NCBI GenBank assembly: GCA_964057225.1
Contig: OZ059900.1
Coordinates: 20,150,001 to 20,214,000 of the forward strand
Direction: 5' to 3'
DNA from: Auanema rhodensis
Taxonomy: Eukaryota > Animalia > Nematoda
DNA: 64,000 bases
Part shown: piece by piece, positions 56,901 through 64,000 of the stretch
How positions within the stretch are numbered: the first letter of the stretch is position 1
How the letters are laid out: the number at the start of each line of letters is the position of its first letter
Program-made: the position numbers and the translations under genes
Notes under the pieces: generated by a model
Seen by the model: the letters and a program-made list of their open reading frames with translations, nothing else
Told to the model about the DNA's origin: nothing
The model's database searches: none

Positions 56901-59900
56901 TCCCATGAGAAATATTTTATTATGCTGGAAAACCAGTTTTTGGAAATTTCGCTGTAAACAAGGTTTTGACTTACGATTTCATGTGTTCAAACTCATGCAA
57001 TGTCAATGAAACCTAGCTCAAAATTGTTCGTACAACGTCTAGTTCCACTTTCACGACAAAAAAACAGGGGTTAGAAAATTAGGGAAATTAGCATATTCTG
57101 AGGGCACGCCCCTTATGGCTAATATTGATTAAATCGATTTTTGTTCATATGAGTCGCCAAATGCAACGAATTTCAGCGTGTTACATACTAAAATGAAGCA
57201 TTTTACATGCTGAACACTGGAAAAATACAAAAACACAGTATTTCCCATGAGAAATATTTTATTATGCTGGAAAACCAGTTTTTGGAAAATTCGCTGTAAA
57301 CAAGGTTTTGACTTACGATTTCATGTGTTCAAACTCATGCAATGTCAACGAAACCTAGCTAAAAATTGTTCGTACAACGTCTAGTTCCACTTTCACGACA
57401 AAAAAACAGGGGTTAGAAAATTAAGGAAATTAGCATATTCTGAGGGCACGCCCCTTATGGCTAATATTGATTAAATCGATTTTTGTTCATATGAGTCGTC
57501 AAATGCAACGAATTTCAGCGTGTTACATACTAAAATGAAGCATTTTACATGCTGAACACTAGAAAAATACAAAAACACAGTATTTCCCATGAGAAATATT
57601 TTATTATGCTGGAAAACCAGTTTTTGGAAATTTCGCTGTAAACAAGGTTTTGACTTACGATTTCATGTGTTCAAACTCATGCAATGTCAATGAAACCTAG
57701 CTCAAAATTGTTCGTACAACGTCTAGTTCCACTTTCACGACAAAAAAACAGGGGTTAGAAAATTAGGGAAATTAGCATATTCTGAGGGCACGCCCCTTAT
57801 GGCTAATATTGATTAAATCGATTTTTGTTCATATGAGTCGTCAAATGCAACGAATTTCAGCGTGTTACATACTAAAATGAAGCATTTTACATGCTGAACA
57901 CTAGAAAAATACAAAAACACAGTATTTCCCATGAGAAATATTTTATTATGCTGGAAAACCAGTTTTTGGAAATTTCGCTGTAAACAAGGTTTTGACTTAC
58001 GATTTCATGTGTTCAAACTCATGCAATGTCAATGAAACCTAGCTCAAAATTGTTCGTACAACGTCTAGTTCCACTTTCACGACAAAAAAACAGGGGTTAG
58101 AAAATTAGGGAAATTAGCATATTCTGAGGGCACGCCCCTTATGGCTAATATTGATTAAATCGATTTTTGTTCATATGAGTCGTCAAATGCAACGAATTTC
58201 AGCGTGTTACATACTAAAATAAAGCATTTTACATGCTGAACACTAGAAAAATACAAAAACACAGTATTTCCCATGAGAAATATTTTATTATGCTGGAAAA
58301 CCAGTTTTTGGAAATTTCGCTGTAAACAAGGATTTGACTTACGATTTCATGTGTTCAAACTCATGCAATGTCAATGAAACCTAGCTCAAAATTGTTCGTA
58401 CAACGTCTAGTTCCACTTTCACGACAGAAAAACAGGGGTTAGAAAATTAGGGAAATTAGCATATTCTGAGGGCACGCCCCTTATGGCTAATATTGATTAA
58501 ATCGATTTTTGTTCATATGAGTCGTCAAATGCAACGAATTTCAGCGTGTTACATACTAAAATGAAGCATTTTACATGCTGAACACTAGAAAAATACAAAA
58601 ACACAGTATTTCCCATGAGAAATATTTTATTATGCTGGAAAACCAGTTTTTGGAAATTTCGCTGTAAACAAGGTTTTGACTTACGATTTCATGTGTTCAA
58701 ACTCATGCAATGTCAATGAAACCTAGCTCAAAATTGTTCGTACAACGTCTAGTTCCACTTTCACGACAAAAAAACAGGGGTTAGAAAATTAAGGAAATTA
58801 GCATATTCTGAGGGCACGCCCCTTATGGCTAATATTGATTAAATCGATTTTTGTTCATATGAGTCGTCAAATGCAACGAATTTCAGCGTGTTACATACTA
58901 AAATGAAGCATTTTACATGCTGAACACTAGAAAAATACAAAAACACAGTATTTCCCATGAGAAATATTTTATTATGCTGGAAAACCAGTTTTTGGAAATT
59001 TCGCTGTAAACAGGGTTTTGACTTACGATTTCATGTGTTCAAACTCATGCAATGTCAATGAAACCTAGCTCAAAATTGTTCGTACAACGTCTAGTTCCAC
59101 TTTCACGACAAAAAAACAGGGGTTAGAAAATTAAGGAAATTAGCATATTCTGAGGGCACGCCCCTTATGGATAATATTGATTAAATCGATTTTTGTTCAT
59201 ATGAGTCGTCAAATGCAACGAATTTCAGCGTGTTACATACTAAAATGAAGCATTTTACATGTTGAACACTGGAAAAATACAAAAACACAGTATTTCCCAT
59301 GAGAAATATTTTATTATGCTGGAAAACCAGTTTTTGGAAATTTCGCTGTAAACAAGGTTTTGACTTACGATTTCATGTGTTCAAACTCATGCAATGTCAA
59401 TGAAACCTAGCTCAAAATTGTTCGTACAACGTCTAGTTCCACTTTCACGACAAAAAAACAGGGGTTAGAAAATTAAGGAAATTAGCATATTCTGAGGGCA
59501 CGCCCCTTATGGCTAATATTGATTAAATCGATTTTTGTTCATATGAGTCGTCAAAAGCAACGAATTTCAGCGTGTTACATACTAAAATGAAGCATTTTAC
59601 ATGCTGAACACTAGAAAAATACAAAAACACAGTATTTCCCATGAGAAATATTTTATTATGCTGGAAAACCAGTTTTTGGAAATTTCGCTGTAAACAGGGT
59701 TTTGACTTACGATTTCATGTGTTCAAACTCATGCAATGTCAATGAAACCTAGCTCAAAATTGTTCGTACAACGTCTAGTTCCACTTTCACGACAAAAAAA
59801 CAGGGGTTAGAAAATTAAGGAAATTAGCATATTCTGAGGGCACGCCCCTTATGGATAATATTGATTAAATCGATTTTTGTTCATATGAGTCGTCAAATGC

Positions 59901-62900
59901 AACGAATTTCAGCGTGTTACATACTAAAATGAAGCATTTTACATGCTGAACACTGGAAAAATACAAAAACACAGTATTTCCCATGAGAAATATTTTATTA
60001 TGCTGGAAAACCAGTTTTTGGAAATTTCGCTGTAAACAAGGTTTTGACTTACGATTTCATGTGTTCAAACTCATGCAATGTCAATGAAACCTAGCTCAAA
60101 ATTGTTCGTACAACGTCTAGTTCCACTTTCACGACAAAAAAACAGGGGTTAGAAAATTAAGGAAATTAGCATATTCTGAGGGCACGCCCCTTATGGCTAA
60201 TATTGATTAAATCGATTTTTGTTCATATGAGTCGTCAAATGCAACGAATTTCAGCGTGTTACATACTAAAATGAAGCATTTTACATGCTGAACACTAGAA
60301 AAATACAAAAACACAGTATTTCCCATGAGAAATATTTTATTATGCTGGAAAACCAGTTTTTGGAAATTTCGCTGTAAACAAGGTTTTGACTTACGATTTC
60401 ATGTGTTCAAACTCATGCAATGTCAATGAAACCTAGCTCAAAATTATTCGTACAACGTCTAGTTCCACTTTCACGACAAAAAAACAGGGGTTAGAAAATT
60501 AAGGAAACTAGCATATTCTGAGGGCACGCCCCTTATGGCTAATATTGATTAAATCGATTTTTGTTCATATGAGTCGTCAAATGCAACGAATTTCAGCGTG
60601 TTACATACTAAAATGAAGCATTTTACATGCTGAACACTAGAAAAATACAAAAACACAGTATTTCCCATGAGAAATATTTTATTATGCTGGAAAACCAGTT
60701 TTTGGAAATTTCGCTGTAAACAAGGTTTTGACTTACGATTTCATGTGTTCAAACTCATGCAATGTCAATGAAACCTAGCTCAAAATTGTTCGTACAACGT
60801 CTAGTTCCACTTTCACGACAAAAAAACAGGGGTTAGAAAATTAGGGAAATTAGCATATTCTGAGGGCACGCCCCTTATGGCTAATATTGATTAAATCGAT
60901 TTTTGTTCATATGAGTCGTCAAATGCAACGAATTTTAGCGTGTTACATACTAAAATGAAGCATTTTACATGCTGAACACTAGAAAAATACAAAAACACAG
61001 TATTTCCCATGAGAAATATTTTATTATGCTGGAAAACCAGTTTTTGGAAATTTCGCTGTAAACAAGGTTTTGACTTACGATTTCATGTGTTCAAACTCAT
61101 GCAATGTCAATGAAACCTAGCTCAAAATTGTTCGTACAACGTCTAGTTCCACTTTCACGACAAAAAAACAGGGGTTAGAAAATTAAGGAAATTAGCATAT
61201 TCTGAGGACATGCCCCTTATGGCTAATATTGATTAAATCGATTTTTGTTCATATGAGTCGTCAAATGCAACGAATTTCAGCGTGCTACATACTAAAATGA
61301 AGCATTTTACATGCTGAACACTAGAAAAATACAAAAACACAGTATTTCCCATGAGAAATATTTTATTATGCTGGAAAACCAGTTTTTGGAAATTTCGCTG
61401 TAAACAAGGTTTTGACTTACGATTTCATGTGTTCAAACTCATGCAATGTCAATGAAGCCTAGCTCAAAATTGTTCGTACAACGTCTAGTTCCACTTTCAC
61501 GACAAAAAAACAAGGGTTAGAAAATTAAGGAAATTAGCATATTCTGAGGGCACGCCCCTTATGGCTAATATTGATTAAATCGATTTTTGTTCATATGAGT
61601 CGTCAAATGCAACGAATTTCAGCGTGTTACATACTAAAATGAAGCATTTTACATGCTGAACACTAGAAAAGTAAAAAAACACAGTATTTCCCATGAGAAA
61701 TATTTTATTATGCTGGAAAACCAGTTTTTGGAAATTTCGCTGTAAACAAGGTTTTGACTTACGATTTCATGTGTTCAAACTCATGCAATGTCAATGAAAC
61801 CTAGCTCAAAATTGTTCGTACAACGTCTAGTTCCACTTCGACGACAAAAAAACAGGGGTTAGAAAATTAAGGAAATTAGCATATTCTGAGGGCACGCCCC
61901 TTATGGCTAATATTGATTAAATCGATTTTTGTTCATATGAGTCGTCAAATGCAACGAATTTCAGCGTGTTACATACTAAAATGAAGCATTTTACATGCTA
62001 AACACTAGAAAAATACAAAAACACAGTATTTCCCATGAGAAATATTTTATTATGCTGGAAAACCAGTTTTTGAAAATTTCGCTGTAAACAAGGTTTTGAC
62101 TTACGATTTCATGTGTTCAAACTCATGCAATGTCAGTGAAACCTAGCTCAAAATTGTTCGTACAACGTCTAGTTCCACTTTCACGACAAAAAAACAGGGG
62201 TTAGAAAATTAAGGAAATTAGCATATTCTGAGGGCACGCCCCTTATGGCTAATATTGATTAAATCGATTTTTGTTCATATGAGTCGTCAAATGCAACGAA
62301 TTTCAGCGTGTTACATACTAAAATGAAGCATTTTACATGTTGAACACTGGAAAAATACAAAAACACAGTATTTCCCATGAGAAATATTTTATTATGCTGG
62401 AAAACCAGTTTTTGGAAATTTCGCTGTAAACAAGGTTTTGACTTACGATTTCATGTGTTCAAACTCATGCAATGTCAATGAAACCTAGCTCAAAATTGTT
62501 CGTACAACGTCTAGTTCCACTTTCACGACAAAAAAACAGGGGTTAGAAAATTAAGGAAATTAGCATATTCTGAGGGCACGCCCCTTATGGCTAATATTGA
62601 TTAAATCGATTTTTGTTCATATGAGTCGTCAAAAGCAACAAATTTCAGCGTGTTACATACTAAAATGAAGCATTTTACATGCTGAACACTAGAAAAATAC
62701 AAAAACACAGTATTTCCCATGAGAAATATTTTATTATGCTGGAAAACCAGTTTTTGGAAATTTCGCTGTAAACAGGGTTTTGACTTACGATTTCATGTGT
62801 TCAAACTCATGCAATGTCAATGAAACCTAGCTCAAGATTGTTCGTACAACGTCTAGTTCCACTTTCACGACAAAAAAACAGGGGTTAGAAAATTAAGGAA

Positions 62901-64000
62901 ATTAGCATATTCTGAGGGCACGCCCCTTATGGATAATATTGATTAAATCGATTTTTGTTCATATGAGTCGTCAAATGCAACGAATTTCAGCGTGTTACAT
63001 ACTAAAATGAAGCATTTTACATGCTGAACACTGGAAAAATACAAAAACACAGTATTTCCCATGAGAAATATTTTATTATGCTGGAAAACCAGTTTTTGGA
63101 AATTTCGCTGTAAACAAGGTTTTGACTTACGATTTCATGTGTTCAAACTCATGCAATGTCAATGAAACCTAGCTCAAAATTGTTCGTACAACGTCTAGTT
63201 CCACTTTCACGACAAAAAAACAGGGGTTAGAAAATTAAGGAAATTAGCATATTCTGAGGGCACGCCCCTTATGGCTAATATTGATTAAATCGATTTTTGT
63301 TCATATGAGTCGTCAAATGCAACGAATTTCAGCGTGTTACATACTAAAATGAAGCATTTTACATGCTGAACACTAGAAAAATACAAAAACACAGTATTTC
63401 CCATGAGAAATATTTTATTATGCTGGAAAACCAGTTTTTGGAAATTTCGCTGTAAACAAGGTTTTGACTTACGATTTCATGTGTTCAAACTCATGCAATG
63501 TCAATGAAACCTAGCTCAAAATTATTCGTACAACGTCTAGTTCCACTTTCACGACAAAAAAACAGGGGTTAGAAAATTAAGGAAACTAGCATATTCTGAG
63601 GGCACGCCCCTTATGGCTAATATTGATTAAATCGATTTTTGTTCATATGAGTCGTCAAATGCAACGAATTTCAGCGTGTTACATACTAAAATGAAGCATT
63701 TTACATGCTGAACACTAGAAAAATACAAAAACACAGTATTTCCCATGAGAAATATTTTATTATGCTGGAAAACCAGTTTTTGGAAATTTCGCTGTAAACA
63801 AGGTTTTGACTTACGATTTCATGTGTTCAAACTCATGCAATGTCAATGAAACCTAGCTCAAAATTGTTCGTACAACGTCTAGTTCCACTTTCACGACAAA
63901 AAAACAGGGGTTAGAAAATTAGGGAAATTAGCATATTCTGAGGGCACGCCCCTTATGGCTAATATTGATTAAATCGATTTTTGTTCATATGAGTCGTCAA

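Larger units (their letters stand above)
1..64000. repeat. Satellite DNA array of 342-bp monomers, head-to-tail, 187 full copies plus 1 partial (likely centromeric/pericentromeric)
   Basis: AACAAGGTTTTGACTTACG recurs at 1, 343, 685, 1027 ... 8551, 8761 ... 63797. The spacing is 342 bp except for one 210-bp, two 338-bp and eighteen 341-bp monomers. The arithmetic closes exactly: (63796+158)/342=187. No unique intervening sequence and no strand switch. The centromeric role is inference. Confidence 0.98.

Noticed and set aside
1-64000. CRISPR array or repeat-spacer system
   Set aside because: There are no unique spacers, the entire 342 bp is repeated, and no cas genes are present.
1-64000. Giant tandem-repeat protein gene (342 bp = 114 codons)
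   Set aside because: The ORF track shows nothing longer than 69 aa, and 1-bp and 4-bp frameshifting deletions have spread freely.

Overview
The whole 64-kb window is one uninterrupted, head-to-tail tandem array of a 342-bp AT-rich monomer (about 34% GC by hand count of the consensus). It holds 187 monomers plus a 204-bp partial copy. All copies lie in one orientation, and most differ from the consensus at only 0-5 positions. This looks like eukaryotic satellite DNA, plausibly centromeric or pericentromeric, but I cannot assign a named family or host from the sequence alone. I found no credible genes, RNA genes, transposons or CRISPR arrays. The three track ORFs arise from single-base loss of a stop codon in individual monomers. 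The informative structure lies in the variants. (i) The monomer appears to be a diverged dimer of ~155-170-bp subunits and is dense in dyad symmetries. (ii) Diagnostic variants divide the array into spatial domains. (iii) There are young higher-order duplications of 2, 3, 4, 5, 6, 7 and 11 monomers, including a 3,758-bp 11-mer tandem duplication. (iv) A 132-bp deletion at 8609/8610 is followed directly by a block whose variants otherwise occur only 25-55 kb downstream, which suggests long-range recombination. I do not see a new protein-coding system here. Monomer typing was done by eye and should be confirmed computationally.
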